From an uncultured Chloroflexia bacterium (lineage in GTDB: Bacteria; Chloroflexota; Limnocylindria; Limnocylindrales; CSP1-4), in assembly GCA_963779905.1 (NCBI GenBank), contig CAWAAF010000010.1:343423-407422 (forward strand): a stretch of 64,000 nucleotides of DNA, given 5' to 3'. How positions within the stretch are numbered: position 1 is the first letter of the stretch; the number at the start of each line of letters is the position of its first letter. The translations under genes and the position numbers were made by a program. Below, in pieces: positions 12,464 through 23,280 of this stretch. The notes below the pieces were generated by a model that did not search any database, was not told where the DNA came from, and was given only the letters and a program-made list of their open reading frames with translations.

Positions 12464-14086
12464 GTGGAAGTGCCGCTCGTGCCCGCCCGCCTCGTTCGAG
12501 GCAAGCGTGGTGCCGTGGCCAGTCCGCACTACCTCGCCAGCCAGGCGGGACTGGGCATACTTCGGGCCGGCGGCAATGCCATCGACGCGGCGATCGCCAC
12601 GAATGCCGCCCTGGCGGTAGTCGCCGCGCACTCCTGCGGCCTAGGCGGTGATGCGTTCTGGCTGATCTGGGACGGCGCCAAGGTCCACGCTCTGAATGGC
12701 AGCGGCCGGAGCTGCCCGGACGGCGACCATCGAGACGGCCGGTGCGGCCGGCCTCGAGGAGATGCCCGTCCGCGGTCCGTGGACGGTCACCGTTCCGGGC
12801 GCCATCCGCTCGTGGGGTGACGCTCATGCTCGCTTTGGCCGGCTAGCCTGGGCCGACCTGTTCGCGCCGGCCATCGACCTGGCCGACGGCTTCCCGGCGA
12901 CCGACGGCTGGGTCTTGTCCATCGAACGGTCGGCACGCATCTTCGGCGACCAGGGCGATTGGGCGAAGACTTTCCGGCCGCTCGGGCGGTCCTGGCGGAC
13001 GGGCGAAGTGGTGCGCCTGCCCAACCTGGCCAGCACGCTGCGAACCATCGCCAAAGAGGGCCCAGACGCCTCGTACTCCGGCTCACTGGCCGCTCAGGCG
13101 TGTGCTTACCTGGGCAGCTCGGGCTCGCCGCTGCGGCCGGCCGACTTCGCCGCCCACACGTCCACGCTGGACCGACCCGATCTCCATCGACTACCGCGGT
13201 TTCACCTCGGTCAGCCACCCACCCAACGCCGCCGGTCCGATGGCCCTCGAGATGCTGGGCATACTTCGCCACTTCGACCCGCCAGGGGCCGCCGACGACC
13301 CGACCTGGATCCATCTACGGACTGGAGGCGGCGCGCCTTGGCCATAGCCGATCGCGACGAGTTCCTGACCGACCCCGAGCACATGAGCGACGACGACCTC
13401 GAGATCATGCTCGACCCAGACCGCCTGGCCAAGCTGGCGGCGGACATCGACCCGCGCCACACGGCTGCCACGCCCGACGTCGCGATGGTTGCCGGCGACA
13501 CCGTCTTCCTGGCCACCGGCGACGGCGAGGGCAACCTGGTCAGCCTGATCGAGTCGAACTGGATGGGCTTCGGCTCGGGCCTGGTCGATCCGGCGACCGG
13601 CATCAGCTACCACAACCGCGGCTCACTGTTCAGGCTCGACCCGGATCACGTCAACGCGCTCGCGCCCTCGAAGCGGACGTTCCACACGCTCACGCCGGGC
13701 ATGCTGCTGCGCGACGGCAACCCGTGGATCGCCCACGGCTCGATGGGTGGCGAGATCCAGCCGCAGGTCTTCGCCCAGTTCGTGTCGGCGGTCGTCGACA
13801 GCGGCATGGATCTCGCCGCAGGCGCTGGCCCAGTCCCGCGCTGGCTGGCCGAGCCGATCGGCTTCTATGGCCCGCCGTCGATCTCGCTGCTCGAGAGCCG
13901 ACTTCGCGAATTCACTCGGCGACGAGCTGACTCGGCGCGGGCACGGGTCGAATGGGCGGCCGACATTCGACTCCGCGCACCGGCCACGCCAACGCCGTCG
14001 AGCTGGTGCCGGCACAGAGGACGGCGTCGGCCACGCTCGCGGCGGCGACTGATCCACGCACGGAAGGGGCGGCTCTGGCGTGGTGA
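12464..14086 (+). CDS. ggt: gamma-glutamyltransferase (GGT), with about 5 frameshifts (near 12700, 13175, 13325, 13900, 13985)
   Basis: 'ASPHYLASQAGLGILRAGGNAIDAAIATNAALAVVAAHSCGLGGDAFWLIWDG', 'PISIDYRGFTSVSHPPNAAGPMALEMLGIL', 'GDTVFLATGDGEGNLVSLIESNWMGFGSGLVDPATGISYHNRG', 'TFHTLTPGMLL...HGSMGGEIQPQ', and C-terminal 'HANAVELVPAQ...' found in alternating frames. Confidence 0.8.
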
Positions 14087-14184
14087 ATTCGGGCTTGTAT
14101 ACTCCGGCTCGGCCGGTCGCGCCGCGCTCACGACCCGTGCGGCTGGCCATCCCTTTTGTGGCCGCCCTGCCCTAGCGTGGTGCC

Positions 14185-14476
14185 GTGAGTTCGAACGTAG
14201 CCCAGAACTACCCGTACAGCAGCGAGACGGAAGCTGATCGCGAGGCCGCCCTTGCGCGCCTGACCGCACAGTTCGCCGACCTGGGTGAACGCATCGCCAA
14301 GGAATCGACCCCACTCGGGGAGATGCCTGCGGCTGCAGCCGGGTCAGCCCAACCTGTGGTGGGTCTTCGTCTGCCCACAGCACATCGACGGCCGCCTGCA
14401 CGTCGCCGGCTACGCACTTGAGAAGCACGCTCTGTACACGGTCTGCGACCAGGGCGGCGAATCGTTCCTGCGATGA
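14185..14476 (+). CDS. small hypothetical protein (about 95 aa) with one frameshift
   Basis: 'SSNVAQNYPYSSETEADREAALARLTAQFADLGERIAKESTPLG' continues in another frame as '...NLWWVFVCPQHIDGRLHVAGYALEKHALYTVCDQGGESFLR'. Its stop overlaps the next start (ATGA). Confidence 0.3.
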
Positions 14477-15644
14477 CGGATCCGGCCAAGTCTGAGTTCG
14501 TCACGTGCAACCAGTGCGGGCACAACGTGCCGCGCATGCGTTTCTGCATCCGCTGCGGCCACCCGCTCGAGGACGAATACAAGGGCGAACAGCTGCGGCG
14601 CAAGGGTTCGTTCGCCGCCCAGCCTGACGAGCCGGTGCGGACGATCGCGATCAGCACGCTCTTCCCGCAGCTGCCGCGCGCCGACATGCACATCTTCCGG
14701 ATTGCGTTGCTCGTCGGCACCGCCGCCGTGGTGGCACTGGCCGCCGTCGGCGCCTTCCCGCTGGCGGTGTCGACCGCCGCGGTGATCGTGCCGTTGCTGA
14801 TGGTGCTCTACCTGTGGGACGTGGACGTGTACGAAGACGAGCCACGCATCGTCATCGGCGCGACGATGGCCTGGGGTGCGGTGATGGGCGTGCTCGCCTC
14901 GATCGTCGTCCACCGCCTGCCGTCGGCGGCCACTGTTCATGGCTTTGACATTCCGGCGCTCTTCGTGGCCGGCGTCGTGGTGCCGCTCGTCGCGGGCCTG
15001 TTGATGCTCGCCGGGCCGCTCTTGCTGCTGCGCTGGCGGCGCTTCAACGACGTTCTCGACGGCGCCACGTTCGGCAGCTGCGTCGGCGGTGGCCTTCGTC
15101 GGCGCCAAGCTGCTGGCCGACTCTGCCTCGATGTGGAACGCCGGCCTGCGGCCCGGTGGCGACCCCGGCCAGTGGGCGATCAAGATCATCTCGCTCGCCA
15201 TCGTCGAGCCGCTGCTGGCGGCGGGTGCGGTTGGTGCCGTGGCTGCCGCCTTCTGGCTGCGCTATCGCGCGCCGGTGGCTGATCGCAAAGGGCTTGGCCT
15301 GGCCGGCATGCCGATCACGGCCAGCCTGGCCGGCGGTGCCTTGCTGGTGGCGGCCGGCCTGGCCCGCGCCGCGCTCGATCCGGTATTGACCCTGCTCGTC
15401 GAGCTGGTGGTGGCCGCCATCGCCCTGCTTTGGCTGCGCGTGGTCATCCACTTCGGCCTGCTCGAAGAGGCGCGCGAGGTGGAGATCGGACCAACCTTGC
15501 GCTGCCCCAACTGTGGCCAGGAGACGCCTCATCACACCTTCTGCGGAAACTGCGGCATCTCGCTGGCCGCCCTGCCGCGGCGCGCCGCGGCCGCGCGCCA
15601 GCGCCGAGGCTCCGGCGCCGGCGGCTCCGGCCGAGCCGAGCTAG
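14473..15644 (+). CDS. membrane protein with N- and C-terminal zinc-ribbon motifs flanking a polytopic TM region (one frameshift near 15070; 3' end uncertain)
   Basis: 'CNQCGHNVPRMRFCIRCGH' at the N-terminus. Long hydrophobic stretches follow. A second ribbon 'CPNCGQETPHHTFCGNCG' appears after the frame change. Confidence 0.5.
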
Positions 15645-15647
15645 CGC

Positions 15648-16575
15648 GTGAGCTACCAACCGCCCGCTCCACCACCGCCGCCCGGCGGGCCACCCGGCCC
15701 TCCCGGCGGACCGCCCGGTTACAACTACTACCAGCAGCAGTACACGGGCTATGGCCCGCCACCTGCGCCCATCGCGCCCATGCCCCACCCGCCGCGGCGC
15801 GGCGGCAACGCGATCATCGGCATCTTCATCGGTGCGCTGGTCGGCGTGGCTGTGCTTGTCGGCATCATCGTGTTCGCCAGCCAGCCACCGCCACCGGACA
15901 CCTGTCCAGACGGCGTGCTGTGTCCAGTGCCGCCACCGCCAACCATCCCCACCGGCGGCTCGCCACGGCCGACCGGCACGACAACCGGTGGTCTGCCCAC
16001 GCCTGTGCCCACGGCCCAGGGCACGACCCCGGGACCCGGCCAATCGCCGCAGCCGACGCCGGCCAGCAACGCTGCGCCGTTCGTTGGCGGCAAGGTCTGG
16101 CGCAGCCAGACGCTGGGCTACTCGTTCGAGTACGACGACAGCCTGTGGACACTTGGCAAGGAGGACGACGCCTTCGCGCAGCTGCTGCTCGGGCCGGTCG
16201 AGGTTGACGTAGTTGGCTACCCGTCCAGCACGTCGGTCGACGAAGCGTTGCAGCTGACCCTCCAGAACGTGGACACCTTCGTCATCGGTCGGGCGCCCAA
16301 CACGCGCCCGCTACGACGCCCTGCTGGGGCCGAGCATCGGCTACGTCAACGGCAAGGGCGGGGTCTTCTCCGGCACGTTCAAGAACGCGGACGGCACGCC
16401 CGGCGACACGGCCGGCATCGCCTTGATGGCGGCGACGCAGGGCAAGGCCACCGTCGTCTTCCTCGTGCTCGTCGAAAACCCGGACAACGACTTCGGCAGC
16501 GGCACGCTCAACCACGCGGCCCGGGTCGAGGTCGACAAGATGGTCAAGACGTTCCTGTGGGAGGGCGGCGGATGA
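15648..16575 (+). CDS. proline-rich single-pass membrane protein with extracytoplasmic domain of unknown function (one frameshift near 16300)
   Basis: GTG start. 'PPAPPPPPGGPPGPPGGPPGYNYYQQQYTGYGPPPAP', then TM 'AIIGIFIGALVGVAVLVGIIVFA', a Pro/Thr-rich linker, then a globular segment that continues in a second frame ('ARYDALLGPSIGYVNGKGGVFSGTF...VEVDKMVKTFLWEGGG*'). Confidence 0.45.
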
Positions 16576-18300
16576 CACGGCTGCTCAGCGCCGGCCTCGT
16601 CCTCGCCATCCTCGTCGGCAGCGGCTGCTCTGCCGCCACGCGCCCGGCCGCCAGCGGGGCGGCAGCCACTTGCCCGCGCGACGGAGACTCTCAAGATGAG
16701 CGGACCAGATGAGCTCACGCGCCTTGGGCCGACCGATCCCAATGAACAGGTCTACTTCACGGTGTCGCTGGTTATGCCGGCTGGCAACGACGTCGATAAC
16801 TACCTGGCCGCGCTATACGACCCGCAGTCGCCCGACTACCGGCACTTCCTGAACGCCCAGGCCTTTGGCGCACGCTTTGGCCTGCCGCTGGCGGACATCG
16901 ATTCCGTCGTCAGCTGGCTCAATGCCAACCACGTCCAGACCACCTTCAGGCCCGCCCAACGGACTTCGCTCGAAGTCAGCGCCCGGGCCGGCGACGTCAA
17001 TCGACTTTTCTCGGTCACGCTCGAAGACTTCATGACCAAGGACGGCGTGCGCTTCCACCGGCCCAACTGGCCAGCCCACCCTGCCGGCCGACATGACCGG
17101 CCGCGTGGCGGCCGTCGTTGGCCTGGACACGGAGCCGGTCGTGCTGAAGTCATTCCCGGGCATGTTTGCCTCGGGCGTGCCCAACGGCGGCATGAAGCCC
17201 GAACGACGTGGCGCGCGCCTATGAGATCGAGCAACTTCGTGCGGCGGGCCTCAACGGTGAGGGCCAAACCGTCGGCATCGTCTCGTTCGACACCTTCTAC
17301 CAGAGCGACATCGACGATTGGGACCAGGCCATGGGCATCACCGGCCCGAAGGTCGAATCGGTCAAGCTGCCGGGCGCACCAGACGAGCCGGCGGGCGGCA
17401 ACGACGAGGTCACGCTCGACATCCAGGTCATCAGGGGCATTGCCCCGGCCGCCCAGATCATCAATTACGAGGCCGCCAACAAGCTGTCCAACTTCGCCGC
17501 GATGATCTCCAAGATCGTCGATGACGGGCGTGTCGACCTGGTCAACGTCAGCTGGGGCAAGTGCGAGAAGTACTGGCCATCCGACGCGTTCAATGGCATG
17601 AACAAGGAGCTGCAGGCAGCCTTCGCCGCCGGCATCAGCATCTTTGTCGCCTCGGGTGACGACGGCGCCTATGGCTGCCGGCGCAACCGCATCTCGGACG
17701 ACCCGTTCGACCGTGACCTCAGCCCCAACGTCGACTTCCCGTCGGCCAGCACCAGCGTCATCTCCGTCGGTGGCACGTACCTGACCGTCCGCACCGACGG
17801 CACCTACTACAGCGAGGCCGGCTGGGAAGATCCGCTCGGTGGCGGCGGTGGTGGCGGCGGACTCTCGCAGCGCGTTGAACGGCCGGCGTGGCAGACCGGC
17901 TTGGGCGTCGAGAACAGCGAATCGAACGGCATGCGCCAGGTGCCGGACGTGGCCGGTCCGGCCGATCCAGCCAGCGGCTTCATCGTCATCTACACGCCAC
18001 CGGATGAGAAGCAGCAGTCAGGCGGCGTGGGCGGTACGAGCGCCGCGGCCCCCTTCTGGGTCGGCTCGATGGCGCTGGTCCGGCAGCTGGCTGGCTACGC
18101 ACGGCATCAATACGCTGGGCGCCCTGGGCCCGACCCTTTACCAGGTGGCAGCGTCGCGCCCGGACGTCTTCCACGACGTGGTTCGCGGCGGCAACCTGCT
18201 GCAGAGGCGCGAGCCGGGCTGGGATTTCTCGACCGGCCTTGGCACGCCGCGTGTCGCGCCGCTGGCCGACGCGCTGATTACCGCGCTCGGCGGTCAGTAG
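16572..18300 (+). CDS. S53 family serine peptidase (sedolisin/kumamolisin-like) with lipoprotein signal and pro-domain; about 4 frameshifts
   Basis: 'MTRLLSAGLVLAILVGSGCSA' (lipobox). Pro-kumamolisin activation-domain-like segment ('VYFTVSLVMPAGNDVDNYLAALYDPQSPDYRHFL'). Catalytic domain with 'SGDDGAY' and 'GGTSAAAPFWVGSMAL' (S53 Ser motif). The C-terminal end lies in a third frame ('GALGPTLYQVAASRPDVFHDVVRGGNLL...'). Confidence 0.75.
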
Positions 18301-19487
18301 TCAGCCGCGCGGCGGCGGCTCGCGGCCGGCGCTGAGCAGGAGCGCGGCCAGCAGGGTCGTGCGCGGCACGAGCGAGTCGAGCTCGAGGTACTCGTCTTCG
18401 GAGTGATCGCCGCCACCGATGGGGCCCAGGCCGTCGACGCGTCGGCACGCCCAGGCCGGCCGTGGTGTTGGCGTCCGACGCACCGCCCGTCGCGGCGTCC
18501 TTCAGATCGAAGCCGAGGCGACCGGCCAGCGACACGGCCGCGTCGACCAGGGCAGCCGTACCGGCCGACTTCTCCATCGGCCAGGCCTTGGCGCTCTGCT
18601 CGACCGTGCACGTCACGTCGGCGAACCGTCGTGGTGGCGCAATCCGCCGCACCTCCGCCTCCGCCTCGTCGAGGGCGGCGCGAGTGACTGCCCGCAGATC
18701 GACTTCGAGGCGTGCCTCGGCCGGCACGACATTGGGCCGCGTGCCACCGCTGATCACGCCGACGTTGACCGTCACGCCCGGCCAGCGGCCGTTGAGCGCG
18801 CTCAGCGCGAGTGCCTTGTGGGCCGCCTCGACGATGGCGTTGCGGCCCTTCTCCGGCTCGACGCCGGCATGCGCCGCGCGGCCGGTCATCACCAGCGTCA
18901 GATCGGCAATGCCCTTGCGCGAGCTGACGATGTCGCCGTTGGCGCGGGCCAGTTCCAGGACGAACGCAAAGTCGCTCGACTCGGCATGCGGCGCGATCAC
19001 CGGCTTGCTGGCCGGCGAGCCGATCTCCTCGTCCGGATTGGCGATGAAGACCAGCCGACCAAAAGGCAGGCCGCCAGCGACCGACTGAACGGCGGCGACG
19101 GCATGCAGACCGGCCAGCAGGCCCGCCTTCATGTCGGCCACGCCGGGGCCGTACGCCCGCGTGCCACGCTCCGTGTACGGGCGGCAGGGCGACCGTGCCA
19201 TCGGGGTAGACCGTGTCCATGTGGCCGACCAGCAGCGCGTTGGGACCGCCCCTGCCGGCGAAGGTGCCCACGACCGTGTCGCCCAACTCCGCGTTGGCTT
19301 CCAACTCGACCGTCGCGCCGAGAGCGCGGAAGCGATCGGCGACGATCCGGCCGACCTCGTCGACGCCGGCCTTGCTGTAGCTGCCGCAGTCGATCGCGAC
19401 CAGCCGGCGCAGGTCGGTGAAGAAGTCGGGCTGTGAGCGCTCGACCGCCGCGCGCAGAGCGCGCAGCTCGTCGTCGGTGACCGGCAT
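18301..19487 (-). CDS. M20 family metallopeptidase (ArgE/DapE/ACY1/CPG2-type), 2 frameshifts
   Basis: 'LLVGHMDTVYPDGT', 'GVADMKAGLLAGLHAV', 'FIANPDEEIGSPAS', 'NVGVISGGTRPNVVPAEA', and C-terminal 'GLGPIGGGDHSEDEYLELDSLVPRTTLLAALL'. Start abuts the MarR stop. Confidence 0.75.
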
Positions 19488-19981
19488 CAGTTGGCGGTGG
19501 CGGGCGATTGCCGGCGGGCGCGGCGGAAGCGTTCCTCCAGGCGCTGGGTCAGCGCCAGGTAGTCGGCCTTTTCGTCGTCCGTCAGACAGCCGAACAGCTC
19601 GCCGATGGCGGCGCGGTGAGCGGCCATCAGTTCGACCGGATCCGGTGCTTCGTCGGTCAGTTCGATCAGCGTGGCGCGACGATCCGTCGGATGCGCGACG
19701 CGGCGGACCATCCCCTCCTCTTCCAGGCCGTCGACAAGGGCGGTGATGTTGCGCGGCGTGACGCCGAGCGCATCGGCCAGGTCGCTCATCTTCTGGGCGC
19801 CCTCGCAGTGCAGTGACTCGAGCAGGCGCAGGCGTGACGTGCTCGGGCCGCCGGCCGGCGCCTGCGTGCGCAGCCAGCGTATGTATTCGCCGATCAGCGA
19901 CTCGAAAGACGCTGCCAGTTGGTCGGCCGGCGAGATCTCGATGGCGGGCTGGTTGGGGGCTGCGCTAGGTGTTGTATCCAT
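19487..19981 (-). CDS. MarR family transcriptional regulator
   Basis: 'LLESLHCEGAQKMSDLADALGVTPRNITALVDGLEEEGMVRRVAHPTDRRATLIELT' winged HTH. Intact. Confidence 0.85.
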   Translation of the reverse strand: MDTTPSAAPNQPAIEISPADQLAASFESLIGEYIRWLRTQAPAGGPSTSRLRLLESLHCEGAQKMSDLADALGVTPRNITALVDGLEEEGMVRRVAHPTDRRATLIELTDEAPDPVELMAAHRAAIGELFGCLTDDEKADYLALTQRLEERFRRARRQSPATAN

Positions 19982-20040
19982 TCACTATGTGCTATGTTAC
20001 TTTCCGGTAATTCATCGTAACAGAACGAGGTTCCCCAGCA

Positions 20041-20990
20041 ATGCGCGCATTCGCAATTGACGAGTTCGGCAAGCCAGGAGAGGTCAAGGAGCTGCCCGCA
20101 GCCGACACCCGGCGAAGGCGAGGTCGTAATTCGCGTCGCAGCCGCCAGCGTCAACCCCATGGACGCGGTGGTTGCCGCGGGTGGTGCTCAGCAATGGGCG
20201 CAGCACCGCTTTCCGCTGGTGCCGGGTCTGGACGCCGCCGGCAGTCGTGACCGCTGTCGGCCCCGGCGTGACCGGCATCAGCGTGGGTGACGAGGTCATG
20301 GCCAGCGCGTCGGACAAGCCCTACTACGGCGGCGGCACTTTCGCCGAGCTCGTGGCTGTACCGGTCCAGGCTGTCGCCAAGAAGCCCGTCAGCATCGACA
20401 TCAAGGCGGCTTCGACGCTGCCGTTGGCCGGCCTGACCGCGCTCGCCGCGATCGAAGCCATCGAGCCCCAGTCGGGCCAGACGATCGCCGTGATCGGTGC
20501 GACCGGCGCAGTCGGCAGCTTCTTCGTCCAGTTCGCCGCCAAGCGTGGCGCCACGGTAGTCGCGCTGGCCCGGCCCGGCGAACTCCGACTATGCCCGCCA
20601 ACTGGGGGCTGCCGAGGTGATCGACCACACCGCCGATCCGGTCGCCCAGATCCACAAAGCCCATCCAGACGGCATCGACGCGATCGCTGACTTCACCGGC
20701 AACCTGACGCTCGTCGCCGCGACATCGGTGCTGCTCAAGCAGGGTGGCCTGATCGCCTCCTCGGCGGCGCTACGGGCTCGATGTTGCGCTGTTCGCGCCG
20801 CGCGGCATCGAAGTTCGGCGGGTCAACGCACTGCCCAACAGCCGGCTGTCGGATCTGGCTCGGCTGATCGATGGCGAAGGCATCCTTCCGCCACACATCC
20901 AGGAGCGCATCGCTCAACGACGCAGCCGCCGCCCTCACCGCCGTCGGCCAGCGCCACAACCGGGGCAAGGTCGTTCTGACCATCGGCTAA
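20041..20990 (+). pseudogene. MDR-superfamily NADPH:quinone oxidoreductase / zinc-binding alcohol dehydrogenase-like, with 5 or more frame changes in about 950 bp
   Basis: Fragments across all three + frames: 'MRAFAIDEFGKPGEVKELP', 'GEGEVVIRVAAASVNPMD', 'GVTGISVGDEVMASASDKPYYGGGTFAELVAVP', 'GQTIAVIGATGAVGSFFVQFAAKRGATVVALA', 'GIDAIADFTGNL', '...RHNRGKVVLTIG*'. Confidence 0.6.
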
Positions 20991-21031
20991 TAGGTGTTGC
21001 CGGCGGCGCGCCCGCCGATATAGTCGGCCTC

Positions 21032-22738
21032 GTGCGCCTGATCGAAGTCCGCCTGCTCGATGGCCCGAACATCTACCGGCTCGAACCGGCCGTGCGCATC
21101 GAGATCGCGCTCGGCCGGCGCCGGTCGTGGTACGGCGAGCGCTCGCCCGGCCGGCTACGCCGTCGTCCGGCTTGGCGCCGCCGTGCCGCGGGCGAGGTCC
21201 CGTCCGCCCATCGCTGCCGTCGCCGACTGGGTGCGGCACCTTCATACGGCCGCGCTCGGCGAGCGCGGGGTACGGCCGCGCGTCCACCGCACGAGCGAGC
21301 CCGGCCACTGGGTCGTCTCGTTTCCGTGGCACGAGCACGGTCGCGCCGAGGCCATCGCCAACTGCGCATTTCGGCTGGCCGAACGCACGTGCCGACCCGC
21401 GCTCGCGAGCGCGCCGCCGTCACAGCTTGATCCGCCAGATCCGCGACGCCAACACGCGCCCGCCGTCGTGGATCACGGACGACGGATCGGCGCGTGCCGG
21501 CCATCTCGATCAGCGGCACCAACGGCAAGAGCACGACCACGCGCATGATCGCCAACATCCTGCGCACGGCGGGCAGGCACGTCGGCGTGACCACCTCCGA
21601 TGGCGTGATCGTCGACGACGAGCTGGTCGAGGAAGGCGACCTGACCGGGCCGCTGGGTGCGCAGAGCGTGCTGCGCAATCCGGACGTCGATGTGGCCGTG
21701 CTTGAGACGGCGCGCGGCGGCATCCTGCTGCGCGGCCTGGGCTACCAGTCCAACGACGCCTCCGTGCTGACCAACGTCAGCCCCGACCACCTCGACCTGC
21801 AGGGCCTGCACACGCTGCCCGAGCTGGCCGAGGTCAAGTCGGTCATCGCCCGCGTAACCAAGCCCGAGGGCGTGGTCGTCCTGAATGCCGACGATGCGCT
21901 GGTGGCGGCCGTCGGCCGGCAGGTCAAGGCGGCGGTCTGCTTCTTCTCGCTGAAGCCGGCCAGCGCGCGCATTCGGCGCCACCTGGCCGCCGGCGGGCGG
22001 GCGATGGTCGTTGAGGATGGCTGGATCGTGGAGGCCGTCGGCTCGCGGCGAAACAGGATCGTCGCCGTTGGCCGACGTGCCGGCGACGATGGGCGGCGCC
22101 GCGCGTCACAACGTGGCCAACGCGCTGGCGGCGGCCGGCGGCGCGATGGCACTCGGCGCGACGCCGCGAGCAGGTGGCCGCCGGCCTGCGCTCTTTCCGG
22201 CCGACATCGGCTCAGATGCCCGGGCGGCTCAACTTCTACCGCCTGGGTAACCGCGTCGTGCTGGTCGACTTCGCCCACAACGAGGCCGGCCTGCGGGTCG
22301 TTCTCGACACGGTCGATGCACTCATCGGCAAGCGCGGAGCACCGGCAGGCGACGCTGAGCACGATCGTGGGCACCGCCGGTGACCGGCCCGACGACGGGC
22401 TGCGTGCCGTTGGCCGGCTGGCCGGCGCGCGCAGCGACCAGGTCGCGATCAAGGAGACGCTGCACTACCTGCGCGGCCGATCGCGCCAGAGCGTCATCGG
22501 CGAGCTGAGCGCCGGCCTGCGCGAGAGCGGCGTTCGGCTGGCCGATGTGCCCATCTACGGCGACGAGCCGTCGTGCGCTGCGCGCGCGAGCTGACCACAG
22601 CCGGCCGGCTGGCGGCGCGGCGGACGGTGCCCACTGGCTGCTGCTGATGTGCCACGAGGACCGGCCCGGCGTGTTGCCGAACTCGAAGCACAGGGCGCAC
22701 GGCCGGTGACGGACGTCGCGGAAATCGTCACGAAATCT
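21032..22738 (+). CDS. cyanophycin-synthetase-like protein made of a CphA-type N-domain fused directly to a Mur-ligase (M) domain, with no ATP-grasp (G) domain; 5 or more frameshifts
   Basis: N-terminus 'MRLIEVRLLDGPNIYRLEPAVRIEIAL' and 'VADWVRHLHTAALGERGVRPRVHRTSEPGHWVVSFPWHEHGRAEAIANCAFRLAE' parallel the CphA N-domain of the neighbouring cphA. After about 30 aa comes 'DDGSARAPAISISGTNGKSTTTRMIANIL...VLETARGGILLRGLGY...VLNADDALVAAVG...DVPATMGGAARHNVANALAAAGGAMALG...GRLNFYRLGNRVVLVDFAHNEAG...IVGTAGDRPDD...'. That is the full Mur-ligase/CphA M-domain. Only about 70 nt separate the N-domain from the GTNGK P-loop. Confidence 0.6.
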
Positions 22739-23280
22739 CACGCGTAAAGGCGGCGCGGCGATAGCGATTGAGCGACGGCCACGCCTAGCGTGCCAGCCGT
22801 GGCGGAACTACGGGTCGGTCTTATCTGGCTGGCAGCCGGCGTCGTCGGCATGGCAAGCCTGCTGTGGTGGCGCTCTACGGACTGGCCGTTGGCCTGATGG
22901 CGATGCTGGCAGCGAGCGCGCCAATGCTGGCGGGGACGAGTCTTGCGGTCGCAGCTGACCGGCATCTGTCAGGGCTGTTTGCGGTTTCGGCTGCCTTTGG
23001 CTGTTCCTGGCCACCGGTCAGTTCATGGCTGGCGTGAACCCTGGGTCCGTTCGTCGGCGGCTACATCGGGCCTATTCGCGGTAGGTGGATCGGTCGTCAT
23101 CCTCGGCGCAGCGCTGGGGGCGTGGCGCATTACCCGTCCCGTCCGCTGCGACGTCCGTTCTGTTCGGACTGAGCGTGGAGCCCGCATCATCTGAGGTTGA
23201 CGTGCCCGCGCGGTGGTGGAGCGGCGCTCCAACGACGGACGATCACGTCCGAAATCGTCATATGAACGCAGGGGTATAAC

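Noticed and set aside
18419-19420. 333-aa plus-strand ORF
   Set aside because: Antisense to the M20 peptidase gene. No motifs. Arg-rich.
21032-22738. Possibility that the plus-strand Mur-ligase gene is a peptidoglycan MurE/MurF/folylpolyglutamate synthase
   Set aside because: The N-terminal roughly 150 aa parallel the CphA N-domain rather than a MurE/MurF N-terminal domain. The M-domain motifs (MGG..NxANALAA, VDFAHN, GxxGDRxDD) track cphA residue by residue. There is no peptidoglycan gene context (no mra/dcw neighbours).
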